Below, piece by piece: positions 34,596 to 42,304 of a DNA stretch of 44,557 bases (within the stretch, counting starts at the first letter, position 1; every line of letters begins with the position of its first letter). Location: IMG/VR virus record IMGVR_UViG_3300029997_000018; one strand, written 5' to 3'. Under the pieces are notes generated by a model, which ran no database searches, was not told the origin of the DNA, and was given only the letters and a program-made list of their open reading frames with translations. The translations under genes were made by a program, and so were the position numbers. Source of the DNA: a virus.

Positions 34596-34637
34596 GGTCA
34601 CGGTGGCCGCCCTTAAGGGCCATTACCCACCGTGACC
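34596..34637 (-). promoter_or_regulatory. Nested hairpin: 11-bp stem enclosing the palindrome GCCCTTAAGGGC
   Basis: GGTCACGGTGG (34596-34606) pairs with CCACCGTGACC (34627-34637). The inner perfect 12-bp palindrome is at 34609-34620. The element is intergenic. Confidence 0.5.
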
Positions 34638-34655
34638 TACCCAGGCCTGTGGGTT

Positions 34656-35225
34656 CTAGGACAGCGCGTCCAGGCGTTCCAGGAACAGCTTGCGCTGGTT
34701 CTGGGGGATTTGGGACAGGCTGAATTGCTTCGTCGGGTCCGGGTTGAACTCGCCGATCAGGGCCTTGATCTTCGGCGGGGCCTTGAGCGTTGCGTTCTTG
34801 GCCGTCGCCGCCGCGTTCAGTTCCGCGTCGGTGACCGTGATGACGGTCGTAACCGGTTCGTCCCAGTCATCACCTTCGGCAGACGAGGCATCCGGTTCGG
34901 TAGCCGTATCGGGTGTTGACGGCGTCTCGGGCGGCTCGGCCTTGGGCTTTCGCGTCCGGGACTTTGGGGGCTCCACCAGGGCCAAGGCAGCAGGGTGCAG
35001 CTCGTCCGGGTCGACTGTAGACTGGGCGGCCTTGATGCGGCCTAGGAGGCGGTCGACCTCGTCCGACGCCAGGGTACTGACGTAGGAGATGACGTTGACT
35101 GGGTTCTTCTCGTCTTCAATGTCAAACCGAAGCTCGACGCGGACCTTACGGGCCGGGGTGTATTCCTCGGCCGCCTTGGTTCCGTCTTCCACGGCAATCG
35201 TGCCGCCGGTAACAGGTTGGGTCAT
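34656..35225 (-). CDS. Hypothetical protein (189 aa) with central Pro/Thr/Glu-rich linker
   Basis: GGAGGA precedes the ATG at 35225. Confidence 0.55.
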   Translation of the reverse strand: MTQPVTGGTIAVEDGTKAAEEYTPARKVRVELRFDIEDEKNPVNVISYVSTLASDEVDRLLGRIKAAQSTVDPDELHPAALALVEPPKSRTRKPKAEPPETPSTPDTATEPDASSAEGDDWDEPVTTVITVTDAELNAAATAKNATLKAPPKIKALIGEFNPDPTKQFSLSQIPQNQRKLFLERLDALS

Positions 35226-35313
35226 TGGTAGTCCTCCAGTAGTTCTGAGGCCGCCGGACAGGAGTGCTATGCCGGCTGATTAAGGCAACCTTATCCAGTT
35301 GCCACCCTTGGGG

Positions 35314-35634
35314 TTAATTGATCGTGCTGCTTCGGGCTTGCGCTTGGGCAACGACTTGGTCAATGACCTCGGGCCCAATCCCCAGGCCCTTGGCCGCGAC
35401 GGCGGCGAGAGCGGAGCCGGCCTTGGCGAAGCCCAGGAGCTTGTCGAAGTCCGATGCGCCCGGCTCAGGAAAGGCACAGACCTCCAGGCATTCGGCCTCG
35501 CCATCCGCCTTCAGGATCACCTTATGGTCCTTGTCGAGAGGGACGAGCAGGAAGTGATAGCCGGCGACTTGCTGTTGCTGGACTGTCCGGGCCGGAGCCT
35601 CGATGGTCTTAGGTTTCTTGGTCTTCTTGGTCAT
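35314..35634 (-). CDS. Hypothetical protein (106 aa)
   Basis: GGAGA precedes the ATG at 35634. It reads MTKKTKKPKTIEAPARTVQQQQVAGYHFLLVPLD.... Confidence 0.5.
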   Translation of the reverse strand: MTKKTKKPKTIEAPARTVQQQQVAGYHFLLVPLDKDHKVILKADGEAECLEVCAFPEPGASDFDKLLGFAKAGSALAAVAAKGLGIGPEVIDQVVAQAQARSSTIN

Positions 35635-35651
35635 GGGTAGTTCTCCAGGGT

Positions 35652-35698
35652 TTGTCCCTTGACACCTAGACCACGAGAGCCAGGGTGTCAAGGGACAA
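35652..35698. promoter_or_regulatory. Perfect 15-bp inverted repeat carrying TTGACA in each arm
   Basis: TTGTCCCTTGACACC (35652-35666) pairs with GGTGTCAAGGGACAA (35684-35698) around a 17-nt spacer. It lies between two minus-strand genes. Confidence 0.5.
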
Positions 35699-35707
35699 TT
35701 TCAACCC

Positions 35708-35959
35708 CTAATGCTTGGCCTTGGCTCGCTTCGGGGTCGGCGGGATAGGGGCCGAGAAGTTCTCTTCCCTGGGAATGTGGACAGACAAGACGTACTTGCG
35801 GTCGATGTCCGGAAACTCCAGGGTGATCTCGTTCGGCGCGGTTCGCTTGATCCGGGTTTCCGGGCCAAGGGTTCGAATGTCGCCGTCGAAGTCGAAGCTG
35901 AGCATTTTGTTCAGAAGCTCTTCTTTCGTCCGGGGCGACCGAGTTTGGCGGATAGGCAT
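35708..35959 (-). CDS. Hypothetical protein (83 aa)
   Basis: GGAGGA precedes the ATG at 35959. Confidence 0.5.
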   Translation of the reverse strand: MPIRQTRSPRTKEELLNKMLSFDFDGDIRTLGPETRIKRTAPNEITLEFPDIDRKYVLSVHIPREENFSAPIPPTPKRAKAKH

Positions 35960-35990
35960 GGTAGTCCTCCAGGTTATGGCCGAGTGGCCG

Positions 35991-36212
35991 TTACCCAGAT
36001 AGAACGACCGCCGCGTGATCCGGTTCCGAACCCAAGATCACGAATTTGTGATCGGCTCCCTCGACCCCAATCTGGGCACGGAGCAAGTCCGGGTCCTCGA
36101 CCAGGGCGCGGATCAGCGCGAAGCCTTCTGCCTCGTGGTCGGTGTCCTCATAGAGGGCGACCATGGTCTGCACGGCCTTCATGAAGCCGTTGATCTTAGC
36201 TGCATCAGTCAT
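35991..36212 (-). CDS. Hypothetical acidic protein (73 aa)
   Basis: ORF-track entry. It starts one base after the SNF2 gene stop. Confidence 0.5.
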   Translation of the reverse strand: MTDAAKINGFMKAVQTMVALYEDTDHEAEGFALIRALVEDPDLLRAQIGVEGADHKFVILGSEPDHAAVVLSG

Positions 36213-36213
36213 G

Positions 36214-37857
36214 TCACATTACCCTGTCTAGTGCCTTGGTTGTCGTCTGTAGCTTGCGCAGCGCCGACGCTAGGATACGCTCGGCGAACGAGTTAGGGGC
36301 CACGAGAAAGTCCGCCTGAACTTGACCGTCCTGCCCCATACGATCCAGACGGTCGACGGCCTGTTGGTTGTTACCTGGGGTCCAGTCTGCTTCACCAAAG
36401 ACGGCGCGTTGGCATACGTCCTGGAGACCATCAGTCCCAGTTCCCATCGATTGCAGATTACCAAAGCAAAGCCGTGTGCCCACGTCTTTTCTGAACTGAT
36501 CCACCAGTCTTTGTTTACCAGACGCACTGACGGAGCCGTCAATTCTAACCGCGCCATAGCGTTTCAACTCCTTTTCCCAGATGTCCAACACTTGAGTATG
36601 CCAGCCAAAGAGAACGATTTTCTCCTCGCCCCCGTCGATTAGCATGGAAACATAGTCGGCCACAAGCGGGGCCATGGCTATGCCCATCATACGGCGGACC
36701 GTGGAGATCGCTCCGAACGACGTGATGTCCTTGCCCTGCAACGTCTCCGGGTCAATGTCCAGCATACTCTCCGCCTGGAGGGCGCGCTTCACGTCGCCGT
36801 TTGGTTCGATCTGGATCAGCTCATAGGCCGGAAGCTTGAGCTGGGGCAGGACGCCGTCCGGCCCGTGCTTCTCCCGCCGCACCATGATGTTGGCCCGGAG
36901 CCGTGCCTGTAGCTCACCATGTCGGCCGCTGCGTTCGTCGATGTAGAACTTGGTCTCGCCGTCTGCGCCTTCCACCTCGATCCGCTTAGACGGGTTGAAC
37001 CGCTCGCGGAAGGTGTCTTCAGACATCCAGTCGATAGCGTCGAAGTTCAGCCCACGGAGCAAGGTGTAAGCTTCTCGCGGCCGGTTAGGGAGTGGGGTTC
37101 CCGTAAGAGCCACAACCGAAGCGCAGCGGGAGGCGATGGCGGCGAAGTCTGTGACCGTATCGTCGTTTCGGCCAAAGATCGCACGTGTGCGAGCCGCATC
37201 GATAGTCTTGAGGTAATGAGCTTCATCCAAGATAAGAAGGTCGTACCATCCCTGCGCCAGGGCCCACCCCAATGCTGGAGACCGGGCCAAGTCATATGAG
37301 ATAATGTTCCACGCAGCATTGGGATGCACTCCGTTCTTACCATTAGTTGTGACATGGATAGTATAGGGCCAGGGCATGGTCGTCCACTCCCGGATTTTCC
37401 TAGCCCACTGGAGCCGGATATTCGCGGGGCAGACGACCAATACTCTCTTGGCATCCATCTCGTTGGCGATAGCTACCGCCTGCATCGTCTTGCCCAGGCC
37501 CGGCACATCGCCGATCAGGGTGTTCTTCCGACGCAGCGCGTACTCGACGCCGGCCTTCTGGAACGGGCTTAGCTCCTGGTCGAGCGGGACCTTGATGTGG
37601 GCAAGGCTCTCCTTCGCCCGGCTGGCCGTGATCTCGTTCTGAATAGACAAGAGCTGGGCACGGGCGCGCGGGTCCGCGTACTCCCAGAACGCGACCGCCG
37701 CGTAAGGCTCGTAGGTGAAAAGAACGTCTTCAGCCGCCGTGGAGTTAGTCTCCGAGCGGTCGAGGCCGTGCTCTTCCATGAGCGCCTTCGTGACGATTGG
37801 GTCCGCCGGGACGCGCAGGACATACGCACCATTGGCCGGGTTGTAGGCGAGCTGCAT
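36214..37857 (-). CDS. SNF2-family helicase
   Basis: Motifs are GDVPGLGKTMQAVAIA, LLILDEAHYLK, ALTGTPLPNRPREAYTLL, GNLQSMGTGTDGLQ and ADWTPGNNQQAVDRLDRMGQ. I placed the start at ATG 37857, directly after the upstream TAA. Confidence 0.85.
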   Translation of the reverse strand: MQLAYNPANGAYVLRVPADPIVTKALMEEHGLDRSETNSTAAEDVLFTYEPYAAVAFWEYADPRARAQLLSIQNEITASRAKESLAHIKVPLDQELSPFQKAGVEYALRRKNTLIGDVPGLGKTMQAVAIANEMDAKRVLVVCPANIRLQWARKIREWTTMPWPYTIHVTTNGKNGVHPNAAWNIISYDLARSPALGWALAQGWYDLLILDEAHYLKTIDAARTRAIFGRNDDTVTDFAAIASRCASVVALTGTPLPNRPREAYTLLRGLNFDAIDWMSEDTFRERFNPSKRIEVEGADGETKFYIDERSGRHGELQARLRANIMVRREKHGPDGVLPQLKLPAYELIQIEPNGDVKRALQAESMLDIDPETLQGKDITSFGAISTVRRMMGIAMAPLVADYVSMLIDGGEEKIVLFGWHTQVLDIWEKELKRYGAVRIDGSVSASGKQRLVDQFRKDVGTRLCFGNLQSMGTGTDGLQDVCQRAVFGEADWTPGNNQQAVDRLDRMGQDGQVQADFLVAPNSFAERILASALRKLQTTTKALDRVM

Positions 37858-37858
37858 C

Positions 37859-38098
37859 TTAGCCTCGTTGGTTGAGATAGCGGTCCAGTGCATAAGCCCT
37901 GGCGATAGTCTTTCGTTCCCGTCGGGTCTTCGCGTCGGGGTCCGGGATTTTTCGGAACCTTTCCCGTCGGCTGGACGTTGATCTGTTGGCAAGAGTGGAC
38001 CGGTAGGATCGGCCGCCTTGCTTGAGAATGAGAAGCAGGTCGTTGAAAGCCGCCGCGTAGGGAGTACCCGGCGGGAAGTCGATAGGGAGTTTAAGCAT
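37859..38098 (-). CDS. Hypothetical basic protein (79 aa)
   Basis: ORF-track entry. It overlaps the upstream stop by 8 nt. Third-position GC is moderate. Confidence 0.4.
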   Translation of the reverse strand: MLKLPIDFPPGTPYAAAFNDLLLILKQGGRSYRSTLANRSTSSRRERFRKIPDPDAKTRRERKTIARAYALDRYLNQRG

Positions 38099-38378
38099 GG
38101 TTCAGTGTCTCCAGTTTGGCCGCCTTGGACAGGTCATCCAAGACGATAGCCGCTCGCGACGAAAGCCGCCGCGCGATATAAGCGAAGTAACGTTCGCCCT
38201 CGTCTTGCCACGCCGGTTGCGCTTTCTGGAATAGGGCAACGTCGCCCCCTTCCTCAGCTTCGGCCAGGAGTGCGAACACCTCTTTGTTCTTACGAGGCTC
38301 ATAGCTCCTGTAGTAGACAAGCTCGTCACCCGGCTTGGCTTGGTCGAGCCAATCACGAGTGGTAGATAGGTTCTTCAT
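38091..38378 (-). CDS. Hypothetical protein (95 aa), first gene of the distal minus-strand unit
   Basis: GGAGAA precedes the ATG at 38378. It reads MKNLSTTRDWLDQAKPGDELVYYRSYEP.... Confidence 0.5.
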   Translation of the reverse strand: MKNLSTTRDWLDQAKPGDELVYYRSYEPRKNKEVFALLAEAEEGGDVALFQKAQPAWQDEGERYFAYIARRLSSRAAIVLDDLSKAAKLETLNHA

Positions 38379-38437
38379 GTGGGTTCTCCTTGACCTCCAG
38401 GGCCGTATGTGCAATCTGTAGCGCCTTGGAGACACGG
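38379..38437. promoter_or_regulatory. 59-bp divergent control region with candidate overlapping promoters
   Basis: On the plus strand, TTGACC (38390-38395) is followed by 17 nt and AATCTG. On the minus strand, TTGCAT (complement of 38438-38443) is followed by 17 nt and TACAGA (complement of 38415-38420). The two -10 boxes overlap. Confidence 0.3.
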
Positions 38438-40327
38438 ATGCAAGCCCCAAATTACAGCCCAAGGCACCTCGCAGCGCGCACGTATGCGACTGAAGGAATG
38501 CCGGTTTTCCCGTGCGTTGTCAACGGAAAAGAACCCGCGACCGCTCACGGCCTCAAAGACGCGACCATTGACTTGGCCGTGATTGATGCATGGTGGTCCG
38601 AGGCTGACTACAACGTCGCTCTGTGCCCGGACGATTGCGGCTGGCTAGTCGTGGACCTGGACACACCCAAGCAGAAGAAGGACGGGACGTGGACCGAAGA
38701 CGGGCGCGAGACCTGGGCCAAGCTCCAGGCTGAACACGGCGCGGCCGAGAGCTACACCGTGACCTCGCCTCGCGGTGGCCGTCACATCTATTACGAAGGT
38801 TCCGGCCGGTCGACGGTGCAGTCAGCCCTTGGCCCTGGCGTCGACAGCCGGGGTGTCGGGGGATACGTCTTGCTCCCGCCAAGCGTGGTCGACGGCAAAC
38901 CCTATGTCGCCAACAACGCAGAGATCGAGCCGCTACCGGCCTGGGTTTCGAACATGCTGGCGACTAGCGTCCGCGAGGCCCGTGAGGTCACGACCGACCT
39001 AGACGCGCCTGCGTCCATTGACCGCGTCAAGCGGCTCCTGGCGTCCGCCGCGCCGGCCGTGGAAGGCGAGGGTGGCGACGATGCGACCTATCGTCTGGCG
39101 TGCCGCGTGCGCGAGCTAGGGGTCTCTGAAGAGACAGCCAACGATCTCATGGCGACCTGGAACGAGCGGTGTGAGCCGCCGTGGGAGCCGGACGAGCTGG
39201 CGGACAAGATCGCCCACGCTTACGACTACGCCCAGAATGGCGAGGGCGCGTGGGCCGTCGAGGCGGCGTCATCCATGTTCGGCGGCTATGCTCCGCCGGC
39301 CGATGAGAAGCCCGCGCCCAGCAAGTGGAAGCTCTATTTCCCCAAGGATCAGGATGCGTGGCCGGAACCCGAATGGCTTATTCCTGGCCTACTGCCCAAG
39401 CAAGGCCTCGCCATGATCTATGGGAAGCCGGGGACGTGGAAGACCTTCGCCGCCCTAGACCTCACGCTAGGCCTAGCCGCCGGGCTCCCTACGTGGGGCT
39501 CCAGCGCCGCTGCGCCTGCCCCCGTCCTCTATCTAGCCGGCGAGAGCCCACGCGGGATCGGCAAGAGCCGGCGGCCGGCGTGGCAGATATTCCGAGGCGT
39601 CGAACGCGTCGCCCTGGATGAGACCTTTGCCATTGGCCCCGATATGCCCAAGGCCTATGACCCCCTGCAAGTGCGGGACATGGTCGAAGCGGTCCAGGCT
39701 ACCGGCTACGCGCCTAAGATCGTGGTCGTGGATACCCTAGCCCGGTTCGCCGCCGGCCTGGACGAGAACGCGGCCAAGGACATGGGCAACGCTGTCGAGG
39801 CCCTGGACTTCATCGCCAAGGCGTTCGACTGCCTCGTTCTCGTCTTGCACCACGCCGGGGCGAACACAGACCGCGTGCGCGGCTCCAGCGTGATTGAAGG
39901 CGCGTTCGATACCATGATAGAGGCCGAACGCTTCAAGGGCCTCCCGGCGCTGGCGCTATGGGTCCGGAAACAGAAGGACGCGCCGGAGCGCGCTCAGCCC
40001 TTGACGTTCGAGGTGCGTAGCTTCGGAGGGTCGGCGGTCCTATCACCTACCACGCCCGAGGAGCACGCGCGGCTGGTCGAGAGCCCCGATGCGATCTCTC
40101 AGGCCAAGGTAGGGGCCGCTCTCGTGAAATTAGGGGCGATGAGCCTACAGGCGTCGGTCTCCGCGCACGTGGTAGCGAATGAATTGCTCCCGCCGAACGA
40201 GGTCGAGGGTGTCGAGGAACGCCAAGAGGCGATTGAGGCTATGGCCCGTCTCCTGAAGCGCCGCGCCCGGAAAGACCTGTCGGCCTACGTCGATGGCGAC
40301 AAGTGGCGTATCCCGGTAGTGTCCTGA
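38438..40327 (+). CDS. Bifunctional primase-polymerase / PriCT / RepA-like (AAA_25) helicase fusion
   Basis: The prim-pol region reads GMPVFPCVVNGKEPATAHGLKDAT...VVDLD...TSPRGGRHIYY...GVDSRGVGGYVLLPPS. The Walker A reads MIYGKPGTWKTFAALDL and the Walker B-like reads IVVVDTLARF. GGAGA precedes the ATG at 38438. Confidence 0.85.
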   Translation: MQAPNYSPRHLAARTYATEGMPVFPCVVNGKEPATAHGLKDATIDLAVIDAWWSEADYNVALCPDDCGWLVVDLDTPKQKKDGTWTEDGRETWAKLQAEHGAAESYTVTSPRGGRHIYYEGSGRSTVQSALGPGVDSRGVGGYVLLPPSVVDGKPYVANNAEIEPLPAWVSNMLATSVREAREVTTDLDAPASIDRVKRLLASAAPAVEGEGGDDATYRLACRVRELGVSEETANDLMATWNERCEPPWEPDELADKIAHAYDYAQNGEGAWAVEAASSMFGGYAPPADEKPAPSKWKLYFPKDQDAWPEPEWLIPGLLPKQGLAMIYGKPGTWKTFAALDLTLGLAAGLPTWGSSAAAPAPVLYLAGESPRGIGKSRRPAWQIFRGVERVALDETFAIGPDMPKAYDPLQVRDMVEAVQATGYAPKIVVVDTLARFAAGLDENAAKDMGNAVEALDFIAKAFDCLVLVLHHAGANTDRVRGSSVIEGAFDTMIEAERFKGLPALALWVRKQKDAPERAQPLTFEVRSFGGSAVLSPTTPEEHARLVESPDAISQAKVGAALVKLGAMSLQASVSAHVVANELLPPNEVEGVEERQEAIEAMARLLKRRARKDLSAYVDGDKWRIPVVS

Positions 40328-40334
40328 TAGCAAA

Positions 40335-40368
40335 AGACCCGCCAGGGGATGCACTTCCCGGCGGGTCT
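40335..40368. terminator. Hairpin terminator between convergent genes
   Basis: AGACCCGCC (40335-40343) pairs with GGCGGGTCT (40360-40368), with additional GGG/CCC pairing inside. In minus sense it is followed by CUUUUG. Confidence 0.6.
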
Positions 40369-40426
40369 CAGGGCTGTTTCGGGTACGCCAACCACTTGAG
40401 CCCTTCTATGCGGGCAAGCCGTATAT

Positions 40427-40675
40427 CTAGCTCGTCTCGGGCTCTGCGTCAACCTCGTCCTTACGCTTCGGAACGAGAGCCTCCAGGTGGACGGCGGTCA
40501 CTTCGAAGAAGGCCGCCACGGCCACGATGACATGGGCGTTATTGCCCAAGAATTTCCCGAGCGGCGGGATGGATGAACCCGCTAGATCGAGGGCGAAGAA
40601 ACCGAGGGCGACATGCAGCAAGGTATTGTGGACCTTGTGAACAACGACCTCCGGCCGGACGTGAAGCTTGATCAA
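40427..40675 (-). CDS. His-rich small membrane protein (82 aa), TTG start, not listed as such in the ORF track
   Basis: GGAGG precedes the TTG by 5 nt, and the TTG overlaps the DoxX TGA (TTGA). Hand translation gives (M)IKLHVRPEVVVHKVHNTLLHVALGFFALDLAGSSIPPLGKFLGNNAHVIVAVAAFFEVTAVHLEALVPKRKDEVDAEPETS. Third-position GC is high. Confidence 0.5.
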   Translation of the reverse strand: MIKLHVRPEVVVHKVHNTLLHVALGFFALDLAGSSIPPLGKFLGNNAHVIVAVAAFFEVTAVHLEALVPKRKDEVDAEPETS

Positions 40676-41118
40676 GCGAACCTCCCCAGGATTAGAGCGT
40701 CGAGGCTGAAAGCGCCGGCCCCCTGGGCGATGATGAAGCCCAAGAGGACAAGATACAGCACTTCGGGGAGATAGAGGTAGTCCGACACCCGTTCGTGCCA
40801 CTTCTTGGCCGTGACACGCCCGAAGGCGTCCAGGCCGCAGGCCCCAGCACAAATGACTAGGAGGCCGATTGCGGCGGGAACCGTGAGCGCTCCGAAGATC
40901 AGGCCGAGGCCCCCGGCGAACTCGCCCCCTGGGATCACGTAGCCCCAGGCCGGGGATTTCAGACCCCACTTTTCGAAGCCGGACAGAAACCGAGCGCGGC
41001 GGTCCTGCCAGAAGATTTTGTGAGCCCCCGCGAGGGCGAAGAAGCTCCCGACCGCCAAACGGTCTGCCAGGAGCCCCAGGGCGCTGAAATCGACGCCATG
41101 AAGGAGGAAATGAAGCAT
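40672..41118 (-). CDS. DoxX-family integral membrane protein
   Basis: The pattern LADRLAVGSFFALAGAHKIF...GGEFAGGLGLIFGALTVPAAIGLL...AQGAGAFSLDALI fits the DoxX layout (R..G..F..G..K, E..GGL, G.G..SLD). Confidence 0.65.
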   Translation of the reverse strand: MLHFLLHGVDFSALGLLADRLAVGSFFALAGAHKIFWQDRRARFLSGFEKWGLKSPAWGYVIPGGEFAGGLGLIFGALTVPAAIGLLVICAGACGLDAFGRVTAKKWHERVSDYLYLPEVLYLVLLGFIIAQGAGAFSLDALILGRFA

Positions 41119-41540
41119 TAGGCCGCCTCGCCAATCAGATGGCCGACGACGTGAATTTCTTCGATCACGGCGGCGTCGAGGGGCAGCTCACGCCCGTTTT
41201 GGAAAGCCTCGAAAGCTTCCTCGGATTTGGCGAGCAAAGCGAACGCGTGGCTCATGGACGCGGCCAATTCGGCCAAGGGCTGGCCGTTCGCCTGGGCGAG
41301 GTAGATGCTCGCGTCCAAGAGGGCGATCATGAAGCAGCCGGGGCAGAGGTTCGCATCGGCCGGCTTGGGCGGGTCCGAATGGACGCGCATCGTCTGATCG
41401 AGATAGGCGGCGAGCTTGCGGCCCACGTCGTGGCGATGATGGTCGGCGATGTGAACGAGGCTATCGTCGCCGCCATAGGTCCGACCGTCCGAGCCGTGGC
41501 GCGAGACGATTTCGGAAGCCCTTGAGTGAAAGAGGGTCAT
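41118..41540 (-). CDS. Hypothetical protein (140 aa) with HHRH and CPGC motifs
   Basis: I chose the ATG at 41540. It reads MTLFHSRASEIVSRHG...HIADHHRHDVG...ANLCPGCFMIALLD.... TAATG couples it to DoxX. Confidence 0.5.
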   Translation of the reverse strand: MTLFHSRASEIVSRHGSDGRTYGGDDSLVHIADHHRHDVGRKLAAYLDQTMRVHSDPPKPADANLCPGCFMIALLDASIYLAQANGQPLAELAASMSHAFALLAKSEEAFEAFQNGRELPLDAAVIEEIHVVGHLIGEAA

Positions 41541-41619
41541 AACACTGTGCTCCAGAACGACGCGGAATTGCGTCGGCCCGGACTGATTAGGAGAAAACCG
41601 CCTCCCGATCAAGATGTAA

Positions 41620-42000
41620 TTATGCCACACTTCCCTCGCCGGCCTTGAGCCAGTCGCCGGACGTTGCGCGCCAGTCTTTCAGAATCCACTTGCGCAATTC
41701 GTCAAACATTTCAGCGCGCTCGTCGTCCGTAGCCTGGATGGCGTCAGCGAGCCGGTTCCACGTGTCGCGCAAGAGGACAGTGTCACAGAGCGCCAAAAGC
41801 TCGCTTTCGCCCTCTTTCATCTGACGCGATTGCATAGCCGCGATGACCTGACCGTCCTTGCGGATTTCGGCTCCGCTCACAATGCGCGGGGGGTTGCTCG
41901 CAGCTTTGCCGATCACGGCCAAAAAAATGCAGCCGGGTAGGGTTTGATTGCCGCGCGTGACGATGACACCCCGGCCGCGCCAGTTTAGTGCTTGTTCCAC
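41620..42000 (-). CDS. Hypothetical protein (126 aa), GTG start
   Basis: ORF-track entry. Confidence 0.45.
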   Translation of the reverse strand: MEQALNWRGRGVIVTRGNQTLPGCIFLAVIGKAASNPPRIVSGAEIRKDGQVIAAMQSRQMKEGESELLALCDTVLLRDTWNRLADAIQATDDERAEMFDELRKWILKDWRATSGDWLKAGEGSVA

Positions 42001-42245
42001 GGCTCTAGCTCCAGCTCAGTAGCGACCCACTCCACCGCCAGCAAGAGCGGATTTACCGCGCCTTTGGCCTCAAACAAATCACGCCACGTGACGATTTGCT
42101 CATAGCGGTTATGGATGCGGCCGGGCGCGATCTTGAGCCCACGCACGTAGACACCCGCGTGGCGGATTTCCAGGCTGATATGATCCCAGCGTGCGGCCTC
42201 AATGGCAGCGTCGGACAGCTTGGTCAAGAGGTCGGAAACGGACAT
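41985..42245 (-). CDS. Hypothetical protein (86 aa)
   Basis: GGAGGA precedes the ATG at 42245. That SD lies inside a hairpin arm. Confidence 0.5.
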   Translation of the reverse strand: MSVSDLLTKLSDAAIEAARWDHISLEIRHAGVYVRGLKIAPGRIHNRYEQIVTWRDLFEAKGAVNPLLLAVEWVATELELEPWNKH

Positions 42246-42252
42246 GGCAAAT

Positions 42253-42280
42253 CCTCCCGTGGGTTGAGGTCCACGGGAGG
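42253..42280 (-). promoter_or_regulatory. 10-bp hairpin whose 3' arm (minus sense) contains the SD of the 42245 gene
   Basis: CCTCCCGTGG (42253-42262) pairs with CCACGGGAGG (42271-42280) around an 8-nt loop. Confidence 0.5.
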
Positions 42281-42304
42281 TTATGACAGACGGGCGCTAG
42301 GGCG

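Noticed and set aside
36214-37992. A 45-aa N-terminal extension of the SNF2 helicase (track start 37992)
   Set aside because: The extension overlaps the upstream 79-aa ORF and is Arg/Pro-rich. ATG 37857 sits immediately after that ORF's stop, and helicase homology begins well downstream.
40427-41134. The 235-aa minus-strand ORF spanning the DoxX locus
   Set aside because: It is a composite. Its first two thirds are an Arg/Pro/Gly-rich wrong frame over the DoxX gene, and only its last 82 codons (from TTG 40675) look coding.
41541-41619. A sigma70 promoter TTGATC-N17-TAATCA for the DoxX cassette
   Set aside because: The -10 candidate matches the TATAAT consensus at only two positions. I kept it only as a remark that the cassette is preceded by a 79-nt gap with a hairpin.
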